The notes under the pieces are model-generated. The model did not search any database. It was not told the origin of the DNA and saw nothing but the letters and a program-made list of their open reading frames with translations. The translations under genes were made by a program, and so were the position numbers. A DNA stretch of 64,000 bases from Patellaria atrata CBS 101060 (Eukaryota): contig MU006121.1 in assembly GCA_010093705.1 (NCBI GenBank), forward strand, positions 62,001 through 126,000, in the 5' to 3' direction. Every line of letters begins with the position of its first letter. The stretch's first letter is position 1. Below are positions 36,922-48,170 of the stretch, in pieces.

Positions 36922-37956
36922 ATGGGATGGTTATGGGATTCGACAAAACAGTCCAAAGCGAGTCAGGACCCGGTTAAGGCTCTCGATCCTTCTCTCCAAG
37001 AATTCTTGACGAAAGAGTCCCCTTCGGCGTACACACCCTCCACTCCAGCACCTCCTTCACCACCACCGACAGTCAAACCCATTGAATTTACGAAACCCCC
37101 TCAATCGGATACCTCAAATTCACCACCCGTAGTGCCTCGCGAGTCCCTGTTCCAGGATGGTCGCTACGCCCATCTTTGGAAAGGCTATGAATCCCTAAGC
37201 ACTGTTGAAGGCAGGGGCAAAAGTGATAATGAAAAGCTGAAAGACGTAGTGGATGCGTACAATGATCGCAAAGTTACAATAGGCCGACTAGCACAGGAAA
37301 ATTGTGCCCTAGAGATGACCGTATTAAATGAATGCTGGAAGAGCTGGACCATAAGGGACAAGCTGACCCTGTGTCGGACGGAACAGAGGTCAATGAACAG
37401 GTGCTTCGAGATGCAAAGCAAGTTCATGAAAGCTTTAGGATATATGAGCATGGTGCACAGCACAGAAGAGGATAGAGAGAGGATTCAGATGCACGCAGAC
37501 AAATTATATCATCAGATGCTAGAGCAGGAAAGAATAGTGCGCGAAGCAGAAGAAAAGGGGTTACCCAGTCCGGAGTTTAAGCCTGTCATGTCGAAGGAGA
37601 ATATTGCGGTCGTAATGGGACTAAGAAAGACGGAAGACGCGACCATCGCAGCCGGTCCAGCGAGATCAAAGTTGAACATACCCGACTCTGCGGTAGCCGA
37701 AATGGACGTCGGCAGTCCACTACTGCCTGGAATAGCTCCCGAGAGGAGAAGAGAGTTTTTCAAATCCTTGGAGGGCAAGTCAGTAGAGGAGAGGGAACTG
37801 GAGATCAGAGCAATGGAACAAGAAGTTGCAACTGTAAACGTTCTCAGCAAAGGCGTCAGCGATATTCTCTCCGAGGAAAAGAAAGCGAGAGAAGAACGTA
37901 TTGCTGCTGGCAAGGCTGGTGTGGGCGATTATATCAAAAAGTGGTGGGGTTGGTGA
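36922..37956 (+). CDS. Conserved hypothetical protein with a twin CX9C motif
   Basis: 344-aa single-exon ORF: MGWLW, ESLFQDGRYAHLWK, C-ALEMTVLNE-C...C-RTEQRSMNR-C, ERIQMHADKLYH, WWGW end. Confidence 0.8.
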   Translation: MGWLWDSTKQSKASQDPVKALDPSLQEFLTKESPSAYTPSTPAPPSPPPTVKPIEFTKPPQSDTSNSPPVVPRESLFQDGRYAHLWKGYESLSTVEGRGKSDNEKLKDVVDAYNDRKVTIGRLAQENCALEMTVLNECWKSWTIRDKLTLCRTEQRSMNRCFEMQSKFMKALGYMSMVHSTEEDRERIQMHADKLYHQMLEQERIVREAEEKGLPSPEFKPVMSKENIAVVMGLRKTEDATIAAGPARSKLNIPDSAVAEMDVGSPLLPGIAPERRREFFKSLEGKSVEERELEIRAMEQEVATVNVLSKGVSDILSEEKKAREERIAAGKAGVGDYIKKWWGW

Positions 37957-38868
37957 TTGTACGAAAGTACAGTACAGGTAGATAATAGATGGCTTGTTAG
38001 GGAGCATCAAAATTCTAGCATTGTTTGCATTGGGCATTCCTGGGGCAGTTTCTGCGATTGGATTTTCGCTCATAGTACTGTTGTACTATACCGGTATGAG
38101 AATAGAGCGTTTACTGTAAGTTATCCATCTATCTTGACTGATAGGCGAGCCCTTGTACGTTGGTTGCTTTTGGAGGCAGGATATCAACTCGATAGTATTC
38201 CCACTACTGGTTTCTGCACGGGGATGTAGTATATAAGTAGGTAAGTTGGAAATAGGAGCAAAGGAGCGTCAGCCCTGTGCTGTCTGGACTGTTCAGTCAA
38301 GCTGAAGCCGACAAACTAGCTTTTGTCGTACTGTCAGTAGTCCATACATACTGTGCTCTACTGTGCTGTGCTGTGCTGTATTGCACATATAGCGATAATG
38401 GGTCACCTCATAATTTACCTTAAGGGTAGTGTCCAGGTTGGATGTGAGGTAGGGATTTGTAAGGTATACAGTCAACTTATGTAACATTGATGCAAAAATA
38501 GAAATACCCAAAGGGATATTTTACATTACGTTACGTTACGGATACGGAGGCTGAAAGGTGACTTGACCCCTTTTGGAACAGCTGATTCTCTCCAAGTCTC
38601 CAAGTCTCCTCAAGACTTTTCATCAGCTCCCAAGAACGCAAGAAACGTCTCAAAGGAATTCCCTATATCCCATTTCCCAGCAGCAAAGTTATTAACAATA
38701 CCATCTCATTCAGCCGCAGTCCTCCATTTCTACGACTGTAGACTGCACAGCACAGCATACAAAGCCTGTCCCCACCCGAAAGAATACATTCCACAACTGT
38801 CCCATCTTTCCCTCCCAACAAGTGCACTGTTTCAGGAGTGTCGTTGACATAACAACACACGTCTCAAG

Positions 38869-40027
38869 ATGAGTGTAAGCTAACCCTCGCCCTCTTCACA
38901 CTTTCCATATCACTCCGACCTCACAAAATCTGCAACTTTTAACCTTCATATTCTACACCGAAATAACTTACTAAAATCGTCATGGCACAACAGTACGGGT
39001 ACAACCAAGGGGGCTATGGCCAGAGCAATCCCTACGACCAGCGAACAGACTATGGCGGCTATGATAACTATAACACTCAAGGTAGGCCAATGCTACTCTC
39101 TACAGTACTTATGTGAGAGACGTCTAATATACTCTTGAATAGGGGGACGCGATGTAGAAATGCAACCCTTGAACGATCAAAATCCCTTCGCCAGCAAAGA
39201 CGACCCAAACGCCGTACTCAACGAATGCCAGGACATCGACCGTGCCGTGGACGAGCTGGAGTCCCGCCTTCAATCTCTCCGTCAGCAGCAAGATGACTTC
39301 CTCAACGATCGGGGCAGCGAGAGGCAGGTCAGCCGTATGGGTGACGACATCATGGATGCGTACCGCGCTCTGGGTCAGCGTTTGAAGAAGGTTAAGTCTC
39401 GACACGATTCTGGAAGCCCACGCAACGCGCCGCAGGTCGGCAGGGTCGACAGGAGATTGAAGAAAGCCATCAATGAATATCAGAAGGTCGAAAGTGACTT
39501 TAGAAGGAGGATGCAGGAGCAACAAGCCAGACAATATAGGATCGTTCGTCCAGATGCCTCCGAAGAGGAAGTTAGACAAGCGTGCGAGGAACCGAATCAG
39601 CAAATTTTCAGTCAAGCGGTATGTCTTACTCTTTATATGTACTCATCGATTCGCTTCAGTCGTTCTAACAGCATGGATGTAGCTCATGCAATCCGATCGC
39701 CGGGGTCAAGCTCAATCTACTCTCAACGCTGTACGAGACCGACATAACGCCATCCAGAAGATTGAGCAGCAAATGATCGAGCTCGCGCAACTCTTCCAAG
39801 ACCTCGACCAGATTGTTCAGGAGCAAGAACCCATGGTCGAGAACATCGAGATGAAGGGTGAAGAAGTACATGACAATATGGTTAAAGCTAATGTCGAGAT
39901 GACCGGTGCTGTCGACAAGGCCCGCAGCGCTCGTCGCAAGAAGTGGTGGTGCTTCTGGATCTCAGTACTTATCCTCATCATCATTATCGTCGTCGTCGTT
40001 GTCGTCGTTCTCATCAACAGGAAATAA
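38869..40027 (+). CDS. SSO1: Plasma-membrane syntaxin (Qa-SNARE, Sso1/2-like)
   Basis: Habc region, RQYRIVRPDASEEEV, SNARE motif RHNAIQKIEQQMIELAQLFQDL, ARSARRKKWWC plus a TM anchor. 6-nt first exon ATGAGT, introns 38875-38993, 39082-39142, 39619-39682. Confidence 0.93.
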
Positions 40028-40603
40028 AGAAAACAGAAAGTTTCCAGCTTGTTCTTTAACACCTCTCTATCCGACTCTAAACTGTCTCTCTACTATTACC
40101 AATTACCAGCGTCGTTTTACTTGCGGTCGGATCACAATACATGTAAAGTATCCATCTCATCAGCAGTTGATCCCTAGGTTGGACATACCCCAAATCTCCT
40201 TTTTGTATCCTTCTGTGCCCCTTTAGACTTTTCCTGAGAAATTGCTGACGGTGAGAGTTACATTCTATTCTAGTCAAGGGCGTGGTGGAGGCGTTTTCAT
40301 CCTTGGGATTCTGCTTTGGCTATATCCTGGCACGGATACATGTAGTAACTGCTCTAATACAAAAAATTAAGCTTTCTTTTTTCTTTTCATTCCCAAACCG
40401 GCAGCTGAGATTACGCATTCACAGTTCTATGATGCCATTTATGGAACTAATCGATTTTTACAAAGTTCAGCAGCGGGTATATTCCGATACTCCGTTCCAT
40501 GCTGTGTCATGCCGTGAGATGCACCTCCGACATTCGTATTCTATACAAGTACATTTTCCCAATCCTCAGTAAGGACTCACCATCCCATAACATCATCCCG
40601 GAG

Positions 40604-43600
40604 TTAGAAGGTCGCAATCTCCAACCAGCCCTCGATGAACCCCAACGGCCCTGTCCTACCTCCGTTCTCCTTGTATATCTTCTCAAACTCCTGCCAGCTT
40701 AGCTTTCCTCCACCACCACGCAATCTGGATTCACGCTCAACTTCTTCAAGGAAGACCAACCGCTTCAGCCTGGTCTCATCGGGCGGAGTTTGATGGTCAT
40801 TCCGCCGCTCATGAGCAGTCTTCAAGTGAGTAGAACGCTCCCGGAGCTGAGCTGCGGGTTCTGGGATGCCATTTTCCTGTGCTGGATGACTGTATTCTCG
40901 GAGCGCTCTCATCATGTCTGGGCTCATCATAGGGTAACGTACAGTGTTATGTGCACGGCCTCGCGGGCGAAGACGAGGCCAGGAGGTAGTCTCAGGTTGA
41001 ATATCTGATTCTGGTTGTTGCTCGAGGTCTGTCAAGCTGTTAGGGCGAAACTGTGGCATCGTGGGATCTCTTTGCTCGAGGCCGGCGTTATGCTGCGAGA
41101 AATGTGCGGGAGAAGCCTGGGGTTGCGCGGAACTTGAGGCTGGAGCCGGCGCGCCAGGTTGCAACGCCCCTCTGCGAGGTTGTATTTCGTTGGACCTCTC
41201 ATGGCTGGTCAATTCTTGCATCCCCTGAATATCGCCCTCTCTAGCGTCTCTTGCTGCAAGGAACTCATTCATCCACACAGCGGCTTCAGGATTTGTTGAG
41301 ATACGAAAAAACCCATTGTTCTCTATCGATGTAGATAGAAATTCTACCCCATCAGTAGTGGCATCACGTACTAGCTCATCGCTCAATGGCATGAGAGACT
41401 CTCCATTGTCTTCTTGCGATGTTGGTGCGGCCGGTGGTTCATGTTCAGTCTCGTACGCGGTAACTCCAACGAGTGTCAGCAATTCGTAGGCCGTGTCGAC
41501 GACATCCTCCTCGCTGATGGAGCCATGGACTAGCAAGGTCAATATCTCTCCCGCAGTTTCAGTATTCAACCCAATACGCTGTTTAGCATGATCTTTAAGT
41601 CGCTTTTTCAACGCATTCACGAAGTCCTCCAGGTCAAGCTCAGCGCGCGAGATGGCTTCAGCCAGAGACGGATAGTCCTCACGAAGATATTCCATTAACA
41701 GTTTGCGAGCCATATCTTCGTCTTGTAGCGCTGCCTTTATAGATTCGTCTTGAGCGTGCATATCAGCCTGTAGGGTACTTTCCTTCTGCTGTCCACTGTA
41801 TTCGCTAATCTTACTTCGATATGTCCGCCGTTCTTGTTTTGTCACTTTAACTTCCACAGCAAGATCCTCTTTTTCCCGAAAGAGTGTATCTAATAGTTCA
41901 TTGAGCCCCTGTTGAGTGACTTGATACAAGACGTCTTTGCCAAGATCCCGCTCAGCTTCCGGTATCTCATAGCCGCCCCATCGTTCGTTCATCGGCCGCG
42001 AAGATGTCGACGCGTTGGACCTAGTTTCGAACTCCAAGTCATCCTGGAAGCGTACTTTTGAGGAGGATCTCGACCTGGGGGATATTTGCCGTGAGCTAAC
42101 GTTTCTGCTATCAGTTTCGGCACCACCAGCGAGGGATCCTATCACTTCATCATCGTCTTCGCTCTCATCCTCATCCTCATCAGTCTCATTTTCGAATCCA
42201 GGAGGTGGTGAAAGCCCTTCTTCCTCATCAACGTAAAATTCTCGCCGTAGCCAACGTTTCTCAATAGCATCGTCGTTACTATCATCTTCAGCTGAACCTA
42301 GAGATCCGCCAGTTCGCGCGGACTCAGCTCGCCTGATGATTTCTGCGCGGGTGACAGTCTCATCGACGTTCTCGAAGGTGACACCAGAATATGTCCATTT
42401 CTCATCGCCGTACCGTCCAATTGATTTGCCAATTATGGGCCTAGACGGGTCACCTGGAGGGATTATATCCGCGAAAGCAGAGCTCAACGGTTGGCTGGAT
42501 AGGACTACATTCATGGCCCCTGCGGCAGAGAGCTCGTCTTGCTGACACATGATGGCCTCTCTCGTGATCTCTCTTTGAAGCGCGAAGTTGGCTCTGAAGA
42601 TGCGCAGAAAATCTCTTCGAGACACCAAGCCATCACCGTCGAGATCATAGCCGTTGTATATTTTCCTCAACTTCTTGTTTGGTTGACGAGACTGTAGGAC
42701 GGACAATGTAGTCAGAAATTCGGAGAAGCCGATATAGTTGTCAGCGTTTGAGTCATAGAGCGAGAAAGCACGGTCATAAATGAGGTTAGGAATGGGCGGC
42801 ATCGAAGCGTAGAAATGGGCGAAAGATTTATCAAACGCCTTTCTATCGATAGCACCGCGTAGTCCATCCGGATCGGCCTCCCAGATAGTGTTAGCTAGAC
42901 AGGTAAATTGGTCCCAGTAAGCGTCAACCTCGGCTGGCTCGAATTTTGTTTCAAAACAGAGACGCTTTTTCACTTCGGCAGGCAAGTATGTCGCCATTAA
43001 TGTAGGCTTACCTGGGTACATGACGGGCTGCGCCTGTCTTGTGCTTGATGGAGCAGGAATTCGGATTTTGTAGAATACGTGAGTTTTGATATGTACACCA
43101 GACGCTTCACAGTCAGAGCAAAGGTCATAGTCCGGGCAATTGGCACATCGCCATCGAACGCCACGGATAGGCTTCATGTCGCAGGCGTTACATGTGACGC
43201 CGCGGTGAACATACCCATCCTGCCTCGCTTGATCTTCCGCTATGTAATACAACATGCTTTTCAAATTTTGGGCATCGGTGCTCTGGCTTTGATCTGGATG
43301 CGGTATCCCGCCCGTTGTCTCCCACGAGACCTCTGTCCCAGCAATAGTCTCCCTACCATCTTGATCGTTTGTACCGTCAACCAACGGCGCGGATGTACTC
43401 TGTTCCCGATTTATAAGTTCGTAGCCGTTCCTGATAGCTTGCCGACTAATACCTCGGCTCTCCAGATAATCTGTTATGTTCGGCACGTCTGGGTCTAGGA
43501 CCATGAAGCGCTGACGATCGGGGTAATTGCTTCGCAGATAGGATCCTACAACAGCGAGCTCGAGTTCATATCTCAAACGCTCAGCCGTCTCATCATCGAC

Positions 43601-43942
43601 GCCATATTGAACTTGCAGCCCTTGTAAGGTTGGAAGGCCTGTGAAGGTCTGTGATATTGGCAAGATCTCTGTGTGCCCGTCGGGAAGAGTGATAGGGACG
43701 TGCCACAAACCGGAATTGTCGTGTAAGAAACTTTCATTTTGTGTTCGATTCTCGGCGGATCGAAGATTGGAAGACCTCTGTCGGCGGGGGCGCTGGATCG
43801 CGTTACTGCGATGCAAGTTTGAACTTGGGTTAGCTGTTTGGAAGGACGTGTAGAAGGAGTAGAAGGTCAAAGCGGCGGCGACACCAACGGTGACATAAAC
43901 GACCGGCCTATAGCGGGCCAGGCTCGATGGAGAGTCAGGCAT
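40604..43942 (-). CDS. ZZ-type zinc finger and EF-hand protein with an N-terminal signal anchor
   Basis: HRGVTCNACDMKPIRGVRWRCANCPDYDLCSDCE...H...H (ZZ). EF-hands DSNADNYIGFSE and DLDGDGLVSRRD. Hydrophobic N-terminus. 1112-aa single exon. Confidence 0.88.
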   Translation of the reverse strand: MPDSPSSLARYRPVVYVTVGVAAALTFYSFYTSFQTANPSSNLHRSNAIQRPRRQRSSNLRSAENRTQNESFLHDNSGLWHVPITLPDGHTEILPISQTFTGLPTLQGLQVQYGVDDETAERLRYELELAVVGSYLRSNYPDRQRFMVLDPDVPNITDYLESRGISRQAIRNGYELINREQSTSAPLVDGTNDQDGRETIAGTEVSWETTGGIPHPDQSQSTDAQNLKSMLYYIAEDQARQDGYVHRGVTCNACDMKPIRGVRWRCANCPDYDLCSDCEASGVHIKTHVFYKIRIPAPSSTRQAQPVMYPGKPTLMATYLPAEVKKRLCFETKFEPAEVDAYWDQFTCLANTIWEADPDGLRGAIDRKAFDKSFAHFYASMPPIPNLIYDRAFSLYDSNADNYIGFSEFLTTLSVLQSRQPNKKLRKIYNGYDLDGDGLVSRRDFLRIFRANFALQREITREAIMCQQDELSAAGAMNVVLSSQPLSSAFADIIPPGDPSRPIIGKSIGRYGDEKWTYSGVTFENVDETVTRAEIIRRAESARTGGSLGSAEDDSNDDAIEKRWLRREFYVDEEEGLSPPPGFENETDEDEDESEDDDEVIGSLAGGAETDSRNVSSRQISPRSRSSSKVRFQDDLEFETRSNASTSSRPMNERWGGYEIPEAERDLGKDVLYQVTQQGLNELLDTLFREKEDLAVEVKVTKQERRTYRSKISEYSGQQKESTLQADMHAQDESIKAALQDEDMARKLLMEYLREDYPSLAEAISRAELDLEDFVNALKKRLKDHAKQRIGLNTETAGEILTLLVHGSISEEDVVDTAYELLTLVGVTAYETEHEPPAAPTSQEDNGESLMPLSDELVRDATTDGVEFLSTSIENNGFFRISTNPEAAVWMNEFLAARDAREGDIQGMQELTSHERSNEIQPRRGALQPGAPAPASSSAQPQASPAHFSQHNAGLEQRDPTMPQFRPNSLTDLEQQPESDIQPETTSWPRLRPRGRAHNTVRYPMMSPDMMRALREYSHPAQENGIPEPAAQLRERSTHLKTAHERRNDHQTPPDETRLKRLVFLEEVERESRLRGGGGKLSWQEFEKIYKENGGRTGPLGFIEGWLEIATF

Positions 43943-44939
43943 AAGGTATTCTGGTAAGAGTGGCTATCGAAGATATAGGATCAAGTGAGGAAACTCGACG
44001 AGTTTGCGGAAGTTCGACGTGTATGTAGCACAGCCATCGAAGACGACTTCAAAATTATGTTTGTCAGTAAAGAAAGACAGTTTAAAAAAGAAGCTGAGAA
44101 TCAAGGAGTTGATGAGGGGGAGAATATCTTTGCACCTCTGCACTTATTGTTATCTTGAGGCTCTGCTAGGTCATAACGGTGTTACTTCGGTTGTATCGGT
44201 AAGACTAGCGCGCTTCCGGCTCGCTAGTCTTATTCGGAGTACCGATAGTTCTACCCCGACATCTGATACAAAAAGCCGAGGACGGGGAGCACCTCACCGA
44301 GATTCGGAGTTTCGGAATGGTTGTCGGGTCACTCGGGTGAGAGTAAATATAGGCTTCAACTCGGCTGACGTGCGGTAAAACTCAATTGCACACTGTATAC
44401 ATACAAGTACATACAATACGGTACATATCGTCGTTCTAAATATAGTATTATTATATTCCTTCTTTTCTTGAAAGACCGAGTTTCCTTCAATACCCAATCA
44501 TGTATACATTAGCAAGCCTCAACACTATTAGTCCAGCAGCCACAAGCTGCAATATTCTCTCCTTTAGGCCTTATACGGTAAGCTGTAAGCGTTTATATTT
44601 CTTCTGTCTCATGAACCGAACGATATCTCCAACAAAATCTTTTATTTCCGTTTCATTCCCTAGAGTCACACTTTTTCAGTAGATCTACTGTATTTGATGA
44701 AACCTCAAAAGAATACAAGCTCGTGGGAAATATTCAGTGGAGTGTTTCACGGCATGCGCCACCAATTGAATATTATGTGAGTTATCGTAGAGTCTATCGG
44801 AGAATCCTAATCAATGGAAGTCATCGCGCTGAAAAGCTATAAGAACATACTGTAATCCGCCGTCCACGACGGTGATTTCACTCAAAAAAGAAACCCCAGC
44901 CACTTATACCAAAGTCGCTTTAACACTCCAACTTTGATT

Positions 44940-46692
44940 ATGGAATATCCGGCTTCACTTGGGAACAATTACCCTGGATACTGTCTCTTCGAACCTAGAA
45001 CTAACCTTCGCTCTCTGAAGGCTCATTTTGACAAAGTTCCACCATACCTATTCCGGACGCATTGCGAAAACTCCAACGGTAAAAGCAACGAACATGCCAT
45101 AATATCCTCTGCAGCGGACATAGATAGCGACTGTTCTGACGTGATGGGTCAAGACGAGAAGAAGATCGCTAAGATGCTCATGAATCACCTCCTGTGGAAA
45201 AACAGATGGGATGACAACTTCATGTCCTGGACTAGCTCCTTTTTCTTCACAGTACAACTTGGTCTCTATCGGGCTAGAACAGATAGAATCAACCGTCCGA
45301 CTTTTGATGCTCTTTTTATCACCGTTATAGATACTCGAAAATGTCCACAGGGCACGTTTCTTCCCGCCGAGGCTATGTGTCAGGCATATCAGCTCCCGGA
45401 TGAGGGTAAACTTACACATCGATATTATCGGGGTGAATATCTTTCGCAAAGCCATCTCAACATCTTTCAGGCGTCGAAGACAGTTTCTTTTCAAGATTTA
45501 ATCGACCATGGCCTTTTTGACCTGTTCCCTGAATTCGGAGATCAGACTTCGCACGATAAACTATACCACCGAGTGACCTTCCTACGAAGGAATTTCACAC
45601 GCTCTCAGAAGCGTTCAGCGACAGATGAGGAAATTCGTCTCGCTATAAATCTCGCGACCAGTTGTTTTGGCGGCATTTTTACTGAGCCGATTCTGGCGAT
45701 ACTTCTTTCCCTCCGCCCTCGACCCTCTGGAGACCAATTAACTCACCTGATTCGCAAAGCATTTCGAAGCATTAGTCCAGGTAAGATATTGAGGAGATAT
45801 ATACTTCGTATGTGCGCTAATAGTCCAAGGTCGTAACAGGGAAGATTCACTGGAAGTTCCTCGCGAGACTGATATCCCGGAATACCGACAATTTGTTGCG
45901 ATCATGAATTCCCTGAGAACTGTTGCCGCAGTGGAGCTACCTAGCAGACCAGAAGTATCCTTCGTGCCTAAACCTGTCAGCCAAGCTGTACCATACGTGG
46001 AGCTACCTGCTAGACATAGCGTACCATCCGTAGCACTACCGGTCAGGCAACCGGTGCCATCTGGGGAACTCCCCGCCAGACAGACTGTATCTTCCGTGCA
46101 ACTATCCGCAAGGCAAGCTGTACCATCAGTAGAACTACCCGTCAGACGAGTTGTGCCAGCTGTGGAACTCCCTACCGCAAATTCTGTGTCTTCCGTGGAA
46201 CTATCCCCGAAGCAAGCTGTACCATCAGTAGAACTACCCGTCAGACGAGCTGTGCCAGCCGTGGAACTCTCTACCGAAAATTCTATATCTTCCGTGGAAC
46301 TATCTACTAGCCAAACTGTACAGTTAGTGGAACAACCTTCCAGCCAAACCATCTCGTCCGCGGAAATCCCTATTAGACATCCTGTAGATTCCGTGCAACT
46401 ACCCGCTAGGCAAGTGATGCCTTCAGTGGAGCTACCTTCCAGAGAGGCCGCTTCGCCAGTCGAACTACCTACCAGAGATATTATACCCTCCTTAGAAACC
46501 CCGGCACAACGTCCCCTACCCTCTGCAGAACTATCCCCAAGATCTAAAGTGCCCGTTGTAGATAAAATTACACCCGTGCCTCAGTTCACGGATCGATATT
46601 CCTATTCACATCAACAGCAGCGTTCGCGAATTAGAAGAATATTTGACAAAATCTTTTGCCATTCTTCTTGTAAGCAAATGAAAAAACTATGA
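44940..46692 (+). CDS. Putative ADP-ribosyltransferase-fold (DUF7587-like) protein with a C-terminal 11-aa tandem repeat
   Basis: Exon 1 (44940-45780) has YLFR, NHLLW, FMSWTSS, VIDT, GEYLSQ. Intron 45781-45829 joins in frame to DIPEYRQFVAIM and the repeat ORF. The gene model is well supported, the fold assignment is inference. Confidence 0.6.
45931..46557 (+). repeat. Coding minisatellite, 19 x 33 bp (11-aa VELPxRxxVPS units)
   Basis: Units VELPSRPEVSF, VPKPVSQAVPY, VELPARHSVPS ... AELSPRSKVPV in exact 11-aa register. Confidence 0.9.
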
Positions 46693-47338
46693 TTCGATTA
46701 CAACTTACTTAGGCTTCTTAGAACTCATAACGGCTACCATTGGCTGGGGCGTCGATCATAGGATACACAATGATAACGATTTTACGAAGAGATCGTGTCA
46801 AATGTGATGATGAGGCCTTCCGATTTGCTTGTCTATATAGCCTGAGATTGGCAATGTTCATTGTTTAGGCTAGGTCTACTGGACTAACGACTAACTGAAC
46901 CGGTCTATAAGTACTGAGGTGTTGACTATCTGCTCGAAATCTGTGTATGGTATTTTGACCTTTCTTGCTATTGCTTTGAGCTGGTGTGATTTTTGTTGGT
47001 TAGCATTTTGGTCAACGAGCAAGAACATCTGACCAGAAGTTGAACAGGCAACTGATTGTCAACATAAAGGAAGTGTTATGAAGGGGACAATATAGATTTT
47101 TCATCTTTATCACCTACAGTCGCCATAACATGTTCTGATGTGGTAGTTAAGTAGGTAGGTTTTTTTGAACTTGCGGCCATCTAATCTCGAGACGACGGGT
47201 CCGATCTGAGATCTCCTCAATTCCTCAACCCGCTGGACCGAGAGCAGGGGTAGTTTGGGCATCGATAGAACATGGACACAAACTTTAACACGCCTTTTAT
47301 CTCACCCATCTCAAATATCTATTTTCAGCTCGTCTACA

Positions 47339-48170
47339 ATGCAGCTCCGGAATGCCAAAATTACCGACCTGTACCAAATTGCACACGTTTGGCATGCGGC
47401 GTTCTTCGATGATGAGATAATCGGAAATATCATGCATCCAAACCGTATCGCATACCCAGATGACGTCTATTACTGGTTGCTTCGCGGGATCAGGGAACGA
47501 TATTTCGATTGGCGGCACCAGTTTGTCGTAGTAACGAAGGAGGTAGATGGCCAGGAGGTTATTCTGGGGGCCGCCGAGTGGCGCAGGTTAGGTCAAGGAG
47601 GAAAGAAGATGGAATTGGGTACGTGGGATCCGCGTGAGTTGCTACGATTCCCTGGGTCATAATGATGGGAAAGGTCCAGAATAGGACTAGACACTTGGAC
47701 GTCGTCTCTGTCGAGTAATCGTGTGTCAAACTCATAGAAGTTGAGGTATCCATCGTTGCGACTGACTAGAAACCATAGGAAGTTTCTTGAAACCAAGTAT
47801 CTCTCTATTCAACCGTCTTTCGCTACTCTTTTTCCCCAATCGCGCCATGGATCCAACGCGGGACAACTTCCTCGAACGTTCCTTATCCAAAAGCGCACAT
47901 CACTGGATGGGAGATCGAGCAGAGTGTTGGGATCTTCATGTCTGTGGTGTTCATCCTAACTACCACCACCAAGGAATTGGTAAGCAACTGGTGCGATGGG
48001 GTATCCAGAGAGCGGATGAAGAAGAAGTCTGTGCGAGTGTTGTCTGCGGCCAAAAAAACCGTGCGTTTTATATTGGTGCCGGATTGGAAACGGAAGTGGA
48101 AGATACGAGAACCGAAGAGAAGAAAGGGTCAGGAGGAAAGGTTGTCTTGTTTAAGGTATCTGGTACCTAA
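47339..48170 (+). CDS. GNAT-family N-acetyltransferase
   Basis: MQLRNAKITDL...ILGAAEW, acetyl-CoA motif LHVCGVHPNYHHQGIGKQLVRWG, NRAFY. Intron 47634-47779. Confidence 0.88.

Noticed and set aside
45738..46352. Antisense ORF with GSST repeats
   Set aside because: Shadow of the sense VELP repeat, which has splice and upstream-domain support.
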